From positions 12,586,001 to 12,650,000 of the forward strand of contig OZ193909.1 of NCBI GenBank assembly GCA_964276515.1: DNA of 64,000 nt. Reading direction: 5' to 3'. The DNA is from Gordius albopunctatus (taxonomy: Eukaryota). Under the pieces are notes generated by a model, which saw nothing but the letters and a program-made list of their open reading frames with translations, ran no database searches and was not told the DNA's origin. The position numbers and the translations under genes are program-made. Numbering within the stretch: the stretch's first letter is position 1; every line of letters begins with the position of its first letter. Positions 39,301 through 52,294 of the stretch are shown piece by piece.

Positions 39301-42300
39301 TGAGCAATGTGCAATAAATTTATATCATTCATTTCTTGAATGGCTAAAAGATTTTCAATTAATTCATAGATGGTAGGGTGGGCAACTTCAATTAAACACT
39401 TTATGGCGTGGTGGAATCCCTCAAGGTGATTATTGGTCCGAGGTCCATCAGCATCACACCTTTGCCACATTTCATATTGAAACATGGCATTAGGGCCTAC
39501 CCATGTATCTATAATATATTCTAGCCATTCTGAGGCCTGAGGTATATTAAAAGTTTGGGCAATACAATCATTGTACACTGAAACAATATGATGAGGTCGT
39601 AAAAATGGCAAAGCCAAAATTCTTCGCACACATTTGCGAAAAGTTGTATTATTTTTATAAAGGTCACTAAGGCCTAAAGTCCTCATTTTTCTAAAAATAG
39701 CTTGTGAAAAATGGAATAAGCAACCTTTATATATTAATAAGCAAACATGATTTTAAATTTACACTTAACAACAGCATTTGGGAAAGACTCGCGCAAAGCC
39801 TTGACACCGGCTTGCTCAAAATCAATCTGGACATAGCGCGGGCGGAATGTTAAACAATATTCGGCGCACAAATCTTTAATTATACCAAACAATAGATTAT
39901 AGGAAACCTGTGACTTGTCAGGTAAAATGGCAAAGATTATAGGAACCATGTGTTCCTTATAATAAGTATGTATAGTATAGACCTATGGCAATGAAGATAA
40001 TAATTAATTTCAATTATATAAGTACCTGTTTAAAAAGTTTAGGACATACATAATACGTCCCATCGGTTACAAATTGCCGGCTTCACACAATATTTTGAGA
40101 TTTCTTGGGGTCCCAAAGACTAGAAGCTTGTTTCGATGGTTGTGCAACAATAACTTCTCTCCGTTATTAGAAAACCTGTGTTCTGGGGAAAATTTGATTT
40201 CAGCATTATTTTTAGGGGTAGGATATTTATTTTTTACAATTTTTCTTAATGTATTTTTAATGGATTTGAAAGTAGGGGTGGCTTTGGGATAGTTTGTTAT
40301 ATCTGGGGTAGTTCGAAGCCTATGGGCTATAACACGGTGGTATATAGCCTTTAGATTTTCCTTGGGGTTGGTCAGGACCTCAGTTTTGAGCATATTAATC
40401 GTCACTAAATATTCATAATTCCCTCGGGGACGTTCATGATTATGATTATTAGTAACGCGACAAAACTCTCAGTAAATTGAAATTGTAATTTTTATAAAGA
40501 GATTTAGTAGTTATTAGTGCAATTCCAAACAGAGCAACATATTCCAATTTTAATACTCAGTAAAATTGTTTATCTATGAATGATTAAGAACGCTTTTAAA
40601 GGTTTATTGAATGATGCACATCTTCTGTTAGATGCTTGTCATAGCTTGCAAGCAACAGCCCCTTGTAAATTATTTATATATTATATCTATATAATTTTTG
40701 CTTAGCAATGACATTTTTACCATCACAAAAAAGGGAGCGATTCTGTACTTCAATGGATATTTGCATACGAAACAAATGGTTAATCGAGATACAACCTATT
40801 ACAGATGCAGGTGTAAAACCTGACGAGGCAAAGCTCAGTTGAGAGAGTTTTGTCGCGTTACTAATAATCATAATCATGAACGTCCCCGAGGGAATTATGA
40901 ATATTTAGTGACGATTAATATGCTCAAAACTGAGGTCCTGACCAACCCCAAGGAAAATCTAAAGGCTATATACCACCGTGTTATAGCCCATAGGCTTCGA
41001 ACTACCCCAGATATAACAAACTATCCCAAAGCCACCCCTACTTTCAAATCCATTNNNNNNNNNNNNNNNNNNNNNNNNNNNNNNNNNNNNNNNNNNNNNN
41101 NNNNNNNNNNNNNNNNNNNNNNNNNNNNNNNNNNNNNNNNNNNNNNNNNNNNNNNNNNNNNNNNNNNNNNNNNNNNNNNNNNNNNNNNNNNNNNNNNNNN
41201 NNNNNNNNNNNNNNNNNNNNNNNNNNNNNNNNNNNNNNNNNNNNNNNNNNNNNNATTTGGTTAACGAGCATGAAAATTTATAACTCATCCACTATTTTGC
41301 AACACCTTTTTAAAACCTTTTTATAATTTGACAAAGATTTAAATTTAGGTTTATTTTTCACGTCAAATATTATTATTATACGACGGTCTTGTCCCATCCT
41401 GCGTGGCTAAATAAATTAAAAAATCTAATTTTCTCATTTTTGCGCGTTAAATAAGGAGAAAAATGAAAATACTTTTAACAAAGTGCCAATAAATGTTGAT
41501 ATATCTCAGTTCTTCGGTCATTATTAAGTTCAGAATTAAAAGTTTTATTCAGAAACAAATAATTATAATTATGATAATGTTTCTTAATTACAAAAAATAA
41601 AGATTTTTCCCTTGGGGGGGGGCATGGGGCCAGGTTTTCTCTCTTGGGTGGGCCTGGGCCTTGGACCCTCTTTAACTATTTGTTTAAAAATCATCAAACT
41701 TTATTTTTACTTCAATCTCGGGTGACTTCAACGGCGATGATTATGTAGGTATCGACCGTGTTTGTCTTCTCGGTATGCCCAGCTCGTAAATACAAATTGT
41801 CCATAAAGGACGTTTGGGAAACATATTATTAACGGGGACCATTTGGGAGGAAGCCAGTGCTGAGGAGATTGCTGGGACACCAGGGGTAACATAAGACTTA
41901 TGGAAGTATATAAGAAAAAATAAAAGGATCTTCATATGTATTTCATCGATCTTGAGAAAGCTTTCGATAAAGTGCCAAGTCAGTTGATATGGGATAGCCT
42001 GAGTTCCAATGGTGTACCCGAGGCTTATATAATGTTTAGAAACGCAAAAACTAAAGTACGGACAGGTGTACATCAAGGATCGGCATTAAGTCCATTGCTC
42101 TTCATAACAATAATGGATACGAAGGACCTGAAACGCGAATCACCTTGGGCAATGCTCTTTGCGGATGATATCTTCCTGTGCCCAGACTCAAAGATGGAAT
42201 TAGCAGAGCAGGTAAAAGTGTGGATGGAGCGAATTGAAAGCAAAGGCCTTAGGGTAAACCGAGATAAAACTGAATATGTATGCTTGGAGTCGGGGAATGA

Positions 42301-45300
42301 ATACAAAAAACACCTGCAAATCGATGACTGGTGTTTAATCAGTAGTAATGAATTCAAATATCTTGGTTCTAGGGTACAATGTGATGAAGGTGTGGATAAC
42401 GAAATTAAGGCGAGAATAAACGCAGGCTGGCTAAAATTCAGGTAGTTGAGATAGGTTATATAACACAGTTATTGTACCCACGGTATTGTATGGAGCGTAA
42501 ATGGCAATTAAGGCAAAAGAGTAGCAAAGCTTGGGTACAATGGAGATGCGAATGTTAAGATGGATCTTGGGAATAAGCAAAAAGAACCATATAAGGAATC
42601 AAGACATAAGCGATAAACTAAATGTAGTTCCGATTCAGAGAAAGTGTATGGTAAAAAGATTGAGATGGTATGGCCATTTGGAGAGACTGGAGGAAAGTCA
42701 CTTGGCAAATCGTATCAAGAAAGTGCAAGTCAAAGGTAAGCGAAAGAAAGGCAGGCCTAAACTGACATGGAAGGAAAAAAAATATGGATTTGAGAAGGTA
42801 CGAGCTAAAGCGAAGCTGATGTAAGTGCAGGAATACATGGAGAACTTACTTGAAGGAGCTGACCACTTAATGTGACAAACAGCTATAGGGAAAAAAATTA
42901 ATAAAATCTGTTGTATTAGCATCTTCCCCTTCAATTTTAGAAGTTGAGATAGTTTTTTAACAAACAAATAAATAAAAAATGATATATTTTTTATTTTTAA
43001 GCGTGCAAATGAAGCAAAATTTCTGAATAAATTTTCAAAATGTAGTAAAACCGTAGCCAGTTGCCTTTAAAAATATACACTATGTTTTTAAAAACTTTCA
43101 AAGGTAAAACAAATTTCTTAGCTTAATAATTATTCTAGTTTATAAAACATGCATGACGTATTGCACTCAACCATTTCAAGTTAATTTTTAGTTTATAGTA
43201 AAAAAATTTAAGTTTTAGACTTTAGACAAATTTGCAGGATATATCCCAATTAGTAAATACTTTTATTTATATATCTTACAATTTTTAAAGAGGCTATAGA
43301 TATTAAGTATTCTCATAGTAGTGGTCCTGGAGGGCAAAATATTAATGCACGTAATTTAAATCATGATTTTTTACACCATATTAGGAAAAACAAAAGTTGA
43401 AATAAAGTTTGAACTAGAAAAGGCCTCTTGGATTCCAAACAATATTAAAGAAAAAATCCGAGAACAGGTATGATAAGTTATATCATTTAATTAGCTTTGA
43501 ACTATTTGACACTTTTCATTTATATTTACACACAAAAATCCTATATTACTATATGGATTTAATTATAAACTTATCAATATTATGATTTATAAGCATGTGT
43601 GAGTTACTTTTTTCCTTTAAATATTGTCTAAAGCTTAAAATTCAATATTTATTTAAATCTTTAAATATGAGTTCAGTGTATTTATTTAGTTTTAATTTGG
43701 CCTGATTTGAGAAATCCATTGAATTTTTATTAAGAACCCTATATTTTAAATAGAGAAATTTTCCCAAAAATGTGTTCTTTAAGTTCAAAAAGCCCTATTT
43801 TTTTCTACCTTGTGGTCCCATTATTGTCTTTTCCTCACTTGTTTAAACAATTTATCTCATCATAATTAATAAACATACTTCTTTTTACACATTTTCATTC
43901 AGATAAACCTATACATCCTTTTAGGTTAAACTTTTTTAGCAATTTGTTTGCATTTAAATATTAGTTAAGCATATTACGGAGCTTTTCTTAGGCTTTGGCA
44001 TGGGTGTAACCAGCCCCCCCCCCCTAAATGACAAAAAAAATTTCAATGCAAAAACCTTTAAAAATTAAAAAAATTTATGCCTGATAAATCAACTAATATA
44101 ATTTATTTCATTCATATATTAGCCTTAAATTTAAAGAATCTTCTTTAACATTTTTATATATTTTTTGTCAATATATTTCTATTTATTTTTTATTCTTTTT
44201 CCCCAAATTTTTGACCAAAAAATAAGGACATATCAATCTCTGGGTTTGATATGTTTCTTTATTTTGGTGGTAGTTTATAATGTTGCAGTTTGATTGGTGG
44301 TCAGTTCAGATTTATATTTTCTTGAACCAATTTTTGCAATCATTTTAGCACTTTAACCAACCAGTAGGCTAATCTTCTTAACACCTAAAAGCCCAAGATT
44401 TAGGGCTGCACAATAATAATAATTGTTAAATTGAACAATTCTCAAAATATTTTGTTATAACTTTCCATATATTCCAACTTTAGTACTAAGAAAAACATTG
44501 CTTCAACCCTTAAACGATTTAACCTTAGGTTAGAGTTAACACAATACCTCCGTGCTTTAAATTATAGCTCGATTCTATTTTAAAAATTCCATTTGACTTA
44601 TATCTCATTACAGGAATTAATTGTCTGTATTTAAATTTATTATGGGTGGATTCGAGGTTAGGGCTAAATTAAGGTTGATATTAATCTATTATTTAAATCG
44701 CAACCGTATCTCACTCGAGCGTTCGAAATGATATTTCGAGTTTTGCTTTGTTCCTGTGGAATCTTATGTATTGTCTTTCCTTAAACTTTAATCCCTTGTT
44801 AAGATAAAAAATTAGTACACGTTTCTCTGCAAAATTATTTTTTCATACACCTTATAAATAAAATAAATCTTATGAAAGTAAATCTAAATATGCTTAAATC
44901 TCGCGGTTTTTTCCGATAGCACTTGAACAAGATAAACAGCGAAGGCTACCTAATCATTAAATCGGACAAAACGCGTTACCAATTCTTGAATCAGGCCGAT
45001 TGTTTCGACAAATTGCGCAACTTGATATGGAAGGCGCAAAATGAGGAGAGCGTCCCAACTAGCCCCGACGACGAAGAATTATACAAGCAAAGGTAAGCCA
45101 GATTTTAATAATCGTTCATAATTTTTTATAGGGCAAAAATTTGAATGAATTAAGGTTATAAATTACATAGGTCTACAAACAAATATTCACTTTGTGATTC
45201 CATCCCACAAACAGACCAATAATGTTGATGGAGAATTTTGCGCTGAATAATAATCTTTTCTTACTTTTCCCCCAAAATTTCCAGTTTTTTCAGATAAACG

Positions 45301-48300
45301 AGGTTGAAGGTGCAAGGGAAAAAACAACAACAGATTATTTTTCAGCGCAAAATTCTTTATCACAATTATAGGTCCGATTGCAGGGTGGTTTTTTTGTAGA
45401 CTTGTGGTTATTAAGCGATATACAAAATTTGTTAAGCTTCTCCAATTTTCAAATCTAGTTTGTTTTTTTATTTAAGGCACGCTAAGGGGTAAAAATTAAA
45501 TAGCTCATCCTCTAAGTTTAAAGCACCCTCATCATATATTGATTTAAAATTTAGGCAAGAGTTCGCTGCAAGGGAACGATTGAAGTTGAAAAGAGAGAGA
45601 AGCCTGGACAAATTGTTTAGGAGAACGAACGACCTCGTTTGAACACTGACAACTTCTACCTTTACACTTTCTCCTTATATTTTGTATACACACCCATCAC
45701 TTATTCAATTTGCAAATAGATACATTTGTGTGAGACAAAAANNNNNNNNNNNNNNNNNNNNNNNNNNNNNNNNNNNNNNNNNNNNNNNNNNNNNNNNNNN
45801 NNNNNNNNNNNNNNNNNNNNNNNNNNNNNNNNNNNNNNNNNNNNNNNNNNNNNNNNNNNNNNNNNNNNNNNNNNNNNNNNNNNNNNNNNNNNNNNNNNNN
45901 NNNNNNNNNNNNNNNNNNNNNNNNNNNNNNNNNNNNNNNNNGTTCATGATTATGATTATTAGTAACGCGACAAAACTCTCAGTAAATTGAAATTGTAATT
46001 TTTATAAAGAGATTTAGTAGTTATTAGTGCAATTCCAAACAGAGCAACATATTCCAATTTTAATACTCAGTAAAATTGTTTATCTATGAATGATTAAGAA
46101 CGCTTTTAAAGGTTTATTGAATGATGCACATCTTCTGTTAGATGCTTGTCATAGCTTGCAAGCAACAGCCCCTTGTAAATTATTTATATATTATATCTAT
46201 ATAATTTTTGCTTAGCAATGACATTTTTACCATCACAAAAAAGGGAGCGATTCTGTACTTCAATGGATATTTGCATACGAAACAAATGGTTAATCGAGAT
46301 ACAACCTATTACAGATGCAGGTGTAAAACCTGACGAGGCAAAGCTCAGTTGAGAGAGTTTTGTCGCGTTACTAATAATCATAATCATGAACGTCCCCGAG
46401 GGAATTATGAATATTTAGTGACGATTAATATGCTCAAAACTGAGGTCCTGACCAACCCCAAGGAAAATCTAAAGGCTATATACCACCGTGTTATAGCCCA
46501 TAGGCTTCGAACTACCCCAGATATAACAAACTATCCCAAAGCCACCCCTACTTTCAAATCCATTAAAAATACATTAAGAAAAATTGTAAAAAATAAATAT
46601 CCTACCCCTAAAAATAATGCTGAAATCAAATTTTCCCCAGAACACAGGTTTTCTAATAACGGAGAGAAGTTATTGTTGCACAACCATCGAAACAAGCTTC
46701 TAGTCTTTGGGACCCCAAGAAATCTCAAAATATTGTGTGAAGCCGGCAATTTGTAACCGATGGGACGTATTATGTATGTCCTAAACTTTTTAAACAGGTA
46801 CTTATATAATTGAAATTAATTATTATCTTCATTGCCATAGGTCTATACTATACATACTTATTATAAGGAACACATGGTTCCTATAATCTTTGCCATTTTA
46901 CCTGACAAGTCACAGGTTTCCTATAATCTATTGTTTGGTATAATTAAAGATTTGTGCGCCGAATATTGTTTAACATTCCGCCCGCGCTATGTCCAGATTG
47001 ATTTTGAGCAAGCCGGTGTCAAGGCTTTGCGCGAGTCTTTCCCAAATGCTGTTGTTAAGTGTAAATTTAAAATCATGTTTGCTTATTAATATATAAAGGT
47101 TGCTTATTCCATTTTTCACAAGCTATTTTTAGAAAAATGAGGACTTTAGGCCTTAGTGACCTTTATAAAAATAATACAACTTTTCGCAAATGTGTGCGAA
47201 GAATTTTGGCTTTGCCATTTTTACGACCTCATCATATTGTTTCAGTGTACAATGATTGTATTGCCCAAACTTTTAATATACCTCAGGCCTCAGAATGGCT
47301 AGAATATATTATAGATACATGGGTAGGCCCTAATGCCATGTTTCAATATGAAATGTGGCAAAGGTGTGATGCTGATGGACCTCGGACCAATAATCACCTT
47401 GAGGGATTCCACCACGCCATAAAGTGTTTAATTGAAGTTGCCCACCCTACCATCTATGAATTAATTGAAAATCTTTTAGCCATTCAAGAAATGAATGATA
47501 TAAATTTATTGCACATTGCTCAAGGAAAAAAAGTTTACTACAGCAACAAAAAATATCAAATGATAAATTTTCATATAAACCGTTTAATAAATGATTATAA
47601 AAACAATATAAACATAGATATATTTTCTTATTCCGATAATATCGCGGGTTATTTACATTTAGAATCGCATGATGTACCTTGTCAAAATTGATTTTATTAT
47701 TTGGAAATAAATTTTTAATTTTTAGCAAATATGCAGGTTCCTGCAAAGTATATTGTTTAAATAAGGTTAAATTTGTAATAGTTGAGTTAACTCATCTTTA
47801 TAAGAAAAAAAGATGCTAGGCATGTGTTGCAAATATTTAGGGAGAATCACTTTAAATTGCGAACAAGAAGGAGTTATCATTTAAAAATAATCAAAAGACT
47901 AATGTCAAAATTGATTATGGTCGATATAATAAACAAGTTTTAAAATTCATATTCTGATAAATTACTTAAAGCTAAATTAAAATAATAATTTCTTAATTAG
48001 CGAGGATATTAATTTTTTAACTACTTAGGGTTGGAAAATAATAATAAATGAGGTATTTTTAAAATTGTTTCGCAGCAATTTTTATACAATACAATCTGAA
48101 TCTGCTTAGGTTTTTGTCCCCATCCCTCTTTAAATAAAACTCAAAACATTGGCTTTTAACAATTTAAGGCCGAGACCCTGTAAAGTATATAAGTACCGTT
48201 AAAATCAAGATAAAACATGTATTCACACACATAATTATAGATTTATACTCAACCGGTCTAATGCTCAAGTAATCTAATGCACAAAAATTGTAATTTAAAC

Positions 48301-51300
48301 TTTATTAGATAAGTATATCTCTAACCCTAACCCTATAAAGTATTGTAAATGCATATTAACTTATTATAAAGCATTTAATCTAACCTATGAAAGAAAATAA
48401 TAAAAAATTTGAACTTCATATATTATATGCTTAATATGAAAGAAAATATATATGCAGCAATAAAAAAGCTAATCTTCATATATTATATGCTTAATATATG
48501 TTTTTGCAACCTTTTAAAGCGTTTTTAACATGATTAAATATAGCATTCTTTGCAAATTTTAGACTACTTGAGCATTAGATCACTTGTGCAAATACGATAA
48601 TTATAATGTATAAAAGATAACAATTCATTCAAATACACATGTAAATGAATTAGCGAAAAATATGAATCATATATCATAATGTGTTTTAAATTGTTTTGCA
48701 GAAGTTTCTATATTATAAAATATAAACAATAATATAACAAATACATTCATTAAGCGTCAAGCATTAGCATAAAAAACTTTTAATCCTTCATAAACAGTAC
48801 TATAACATGTTCATACATAATAAAGCGTCAAGCATTAGCAATAACAAACTTTTAATACTTCATAAATAGTACTATATAACATCTTTAATAATAATTCTAA
48901 ATACTGATCCAACGACTGACTAAATTACACAGTAGTTTGCATATTTTTTTATTGCTCATATATCATTTGCCTCTATATTGCAATATTTAATATGCCTTTT
49001 GTATTAACTTCATAATTTATTAAATACCACAGTACAACGTATAAACTTTTAATAATAATTTACTTAAGATTGCAATCAGATATCATTGTTTGCTATATTT
49101 AATTTTTATAACAATAAAAAATATTTATTTTAATGTTCAAAAAAAGCATTACTTAGAATATTTATGTAACTACTTATTTAAAATCATATGATTTTTTTAA
49201 ATATTAAGTTTGATTCATACATTTTATTGGTCTTTGAAGTTTTGGCCTTCTCAACAGAATTCATGCGTAAATGGATATAATGTGTTTATCTAAATTAAAA
49301 TCGTTTACAGATGGCGATAACCTAAATAATACATATACATCGACTATTATGATATAGTCGAGTATTGATTTGATATTATTATTTTAAATATTGATATTAG
49401 GCTACAATATTATTTTAATTTCTTTTTTAAATCTAAACAAATGATAATTATTAATTTAATAAAAAAATTTGCTTAGTGATTGTAGTTCAGTCAAAATATT
49501 AGGATATAAAAACCATACCTTATGAATGGAAACCCCATAAACATTAGATCTAAAATAATTTTTTTTCGTACGCCACTGTGATGACATAATAATATAATTA
49601 GATCTCCGCATATGAAAATGGAAATTGTGTTTATATTTATTCAATTAATGCATTTATTTAGGACGTTATTCTAACCTGTCACATTAATTCATTTTGCATT
49701 TCGTGCTTTAATATTACGCTTTTTTTGCATCTTAATTTAGTTTTGCCAATTTTCAAAAAGATAAAATTATGCGTAGAAAGGGTTGTGTGCGCAAATATTA
49801 AACAAATAAAATCTTTTTTACAAACCCTTTTTGTAAAAAACATCAGGGTATACAGTCAAAACCGTTTAATTGCAAAGCCTTGGGCCTGAAAAAATTTCCG
49901 ATTAACCGATATTTCGTGATTAAACGATGGAAAAATGTATATGTACATTATATTAAATATTCATTTCTTACGCTTCGCAATAAAACGATATTTTATATAA
50001 TTATCTGGTTGACTTAAGGACTCGAAAATGTTTGTGAATATCCGATATTGTACTATTAAGCGATTTGTCAATAAACGATGTTTATGTTAATATTATCGTT
50101 AAAAAAACAAAATGGCGGTTAACTTCGCGCGATTAAAAGATTTTTGCGATAATCCGATTTGCGATTAAGAAGTTTCGACTGTATTATTAAAAATTAAATG
50201 TTAAACAAATCACAATATTTGGAGTATTTAATTAAGAAATTAACCTAAATTCAAAGTCTTAAAATGCCAACCGATTTAATCGAGATATCTTAATAAAAAT
50301 ATAAGAAAAATAGCAATCAATGTTGCTTTTTTTTGATTTTTATATTAAAAAAATCGGACGGGCTCAGTTGGGCTTGAAGGTTTTCAAAGCGGGTACGGGT
50401 GGCCATATCTTTTATAAAGGACCCTTTGAAGATCTCTATTCCAAATCGCAAGATTTAAAAATGAACGTTATACATACATGTCATGGTGTACGTAAGGTTA
50501 TTTTATTACCATATTAACTTTTCGACAAGAAAACAATCAATTATATTATTTTTATTTAAAAAATGCCTTTACTTGTTTTTGAACAGGGATTTTAGGAGAT
50601 GATTAATAAAGCAATACAAGCCCATAAGTTTAATTTAGTTATCAAACAAATAAATTTAAATGAATATATTATAGCGTTGCTTTTAAAATTACCTAGAACA
50701 ATTGCTTGATCAACATAAATACTTCTTCATCTTAAATTTAAATATCGAGTATATGGGTGTTTAAGTCTCTAAAATGCAGATTGTATTCGAGCTAGTTAGG
50801 AAAAAGAGATAATACAACTTTTCGAATTTAAAATATATTGGAAAAAACTGACAAAATTAGTAATTATTATTATAGGAACAATGAATTAATACATAAAATA
50901 AATAATTGAAGAATTTATGATGAATAAAAATAGATATGTATTTTTAATTACCCGGCCTTGTCGATTTTAATTACCATGATTTAGTAATATTTTTTACTAC
51001 ACATTTTTTATTTTCGCTTACAGAAAAAATATATATTCTGTGAAAATGTAACCGCTCAGAAGAGAGATTAATAAGCTTATTTCGCGGATCCATAAATTTT
51101 AAAGAAATAAATAGATTTATTTGAGAATACTCTAAAGCCTTTAGTTATCTAATTTTTGGAAATATAAAACTATTAATAAAAACAAAAAATATTAAGGAAA
51201 CCTTAATGTGATCAAAAAGTGTCAAACAAATGGAAAATGAATGGATAGTTTTTATATTACATACGTGAAATTGAAAGTTAATTATAATCAAATTCCATGA

Positions 51301-52294
51301 TATATTATAAATTGCTTTTAAACGCATAAATTCCATGAAAACTGATAAAATACCTATTTACTAATGGTCTAATGTAATTAATTAAGTGAGAAGGAGAGAA
51401 TGTTTCAGTACTGGATGACAGTGGTTTAGCATCAAATATAACTAAGTTTGATTTTCCACTTTTATATTTATTTTTAACCTTGATGATAAATTCTTATAGT
51501 CCCAAACTAGTTGAATCCTTTCTCCCCATCTCAATTTATTCTCCAGTTACAACTTTAATAAATACTAGCTTTACACAAATACATTAAATAAAAAAATTCT
51601 TAAAAAAACACAATGTATTTTTATCACTTACAGTGGGGTATTATTTTCTGAATTTGCAAAATTAGGGTTGGCTTTGTATTCCAAAAGCTTCTGCACAATG
51701 TCAATATGGCCTTGAGATGATGCTCTATGCAGTGGTGTATTGCCCATATTGTCAGGAATATTAACTTGTGCTTTTTCTTCCAACAACATAATAGTTATCT
51801 GATAAATAAAAATATTCTAGTGTAGTATTATGTTTCAATAAAATATTATAGCTTACACCTAGATGATTTTTGGACGCAGCATATTGAAGAGGGGTTTGTT
51901 TTGTATTATTGATACAATTAACTAAAGCTCCTTTTCCAAGAAAGTAATAAACTACATTTTGCCAACCAGCTGAAGCAGCAATCATCAATGGAGTCCAGCC
52001 CCCCTAAAAAATTATTCTTCTAATATATAAACATACAGCATCTTTTGTTTCAAAATTAGCGTTGCATTGTTCAACTAAAAATTCGATAATATCTAAATTC
52101 CCTTTGCTGGTAGCCCAATGTAAAATTGTCCTGCCAGACTTTTTTACTTAACAATTGAAAAATAAAAATACCTCATCAATGTTGTAAACTAAATTTGGGG
52201 ATTTAGCAATTGATTTTTTTAGACTATCAAAATTATTTTCGTAAGCATCTTTACAAGCTTTTGATATGATGGTTTCACAAGATGTCGCATCCAT
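33389..52294 (-). CDS. PSMD10: 26S proteasome non-ATPase regulatory subunit 10 (gankyrin), 234 aa; exons 52294-52172, 52138-52037, 52003-51857, 51798-51632, 33554-33389
   Basis: Spliced translation gives ankyrin repeats GRTILHWATSKG, GWTPLMIAASAG, QTPLQYAASKNH, GNTPLHRASSQG and NTPL|HLACEENREDVAIMLVKSGADVHLQNKEKKSPLDL. All junctions are GT-AG and phase-compatible (705 nt in total). Introns are 33, 33, 58 and ~18077 nt. Confidence 0.93.
33827..34700. mobile_element. Rearranged hAT relic: TIR plus 3' end on minus, then a multiply deleted transposase on plus
   Basis: TIR CAGGCGCGTAGCCAGGATTTTCTC. 33930-33975 matches 36666-36710. Plus-strand patches encode NFRALLRYR, LLRGQGYDGARNMS and match the reverse complement of 36676-37378. 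Confidence 0.75.
34717..36647 (+). mobile_element. hAT transposon (PRKRIR/ZMYM1-like transposase), internally deleted pseudogene
   Basis: Termini CATAGGCGTA / TACGCGCCTG, 8-bp TSD CAACATTA / CCACATTA. Motifs CDESTDI, RGQGYDGA, SHSLNLAL, TRW and dimerisation domain PVTTCTNERGFSILRRLKTYLRNTMSNNRLNGLALL. Several stops; 42-nt intron at 35534-35575. Confidence 0.9.
36666..37380 (-). pseudogene. hAT transposase C-terminal fragment
   Basis: YYKITIFIPLLD...LPITTCTNERSFSTLRRL..RLNGLALLAIHRE, a paralog of the adjacent plus-strand copy, tail-to-tail. Confidence 0.88.
37569..40470 (-). repeat. Left arm (2902 bp) of an inverted duplication containing a MULE transposase pseudogene
   Basis: Reverse complement of 46353-49254 with identical ORF translations. 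At least two substitutions seen (~38210, ~38855). Confidence 0.92.
40432..41054 (+). repeat. 623-bp direct duplicate of 45942-46564, each copy abutting an N gap
   Basis: Same sequence at an offset of 5510. One copy ends at gap 1 and the other starts at gap 2. Confidence 0.9.
41055..41254. other. Assembly gap (200 N)
   Basis: N run. Confidence 1.
41900..42895 (+). mobile_element. RTE LINE 3' fragment (RT domain with deletions, and 3' UTR)
   Basis: FIDLEKAFDKV, GVHQGSALSPLLF, MLFADDI, FKYLGS, EMRMLRW, RLRWYGHLER, RKKGRPKLTW. Confidence 0.9.
43082..45642 (+). CDS. MRPL58: Mitochondrial peptidyl-tRNA hydrolase ICT1 / mL62, 166 aa; exons 43082-43103, 43139-43179, 43219-43252, 43291-43350, 43385-43467, 44920-45092, 45555-45642
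   Basis: Spliced translation contains FAGYIPIKAIDIKYSHSSGPGGQNINARKTKVEIKFELEKASWIP, HLNKINSEGYLIIKSDKTRYQFLNQADCFDKL and a basic tail RERLKLKRERSLDKLFRR. It has the GGQ motif and GT-AG junctions, 501 nt in frame. Missed by the ORF track because exons are short. Exons 1-2 are less certain. Confidence 0.92.
45742..45941. other. Assembly gap (200 N)
   Basis: N run. Confidence 1.
46218..47691 (+). pseudogene. FLYWCH-MULE transposase pseudogene with two short introns (46798-46840, 47061-47098)
   Basis: FLYWCH YFNGYLH..YYRCRCKT*RG..HNH, then DGTYYVCPKLFKQ|VYTIH, IDFEQA, KC|CLFHFSQAIFRK and RTNNHLEGFHH. One in-frame TGA and two frameshifts. Confidence 0.9.
46353..49254 (+). repeat. Right arm of the inverted duplication
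   Basis: Reverse complement of 37569-40470. Confidence 0.92.
49853..50181. mobile_element. Tigger/pogo-like MITE, 329 bp
   Basis: TA|CAGTCAAAAC ... GTTTCGACTG|TA, with internal CGATTAA repeats. Confidence 0.8.

Noticed and set aside
41705..41900. GC-richer segment next to the RTE fragment, possibly an exon
   Set aside because: No recognisable protein motif or consistent splice context.
46331..46756. TGA at a FLYWCH Cys position and TAA near a Tyr position suggesting stop-codon recoding
   Set aside because: The TAA arises from a 1-nt deletion and there is another frameshift nearby. The host genes use TAA/TGA as normal stops, so this is pseudogene decay.
49519..49549. AG/GT-bounded 31-nt micro-exon in PSMD10 intron 4
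   Set aside because: No ankyrin similarity, and inclusion would shift the frame of the conserved exon 5.
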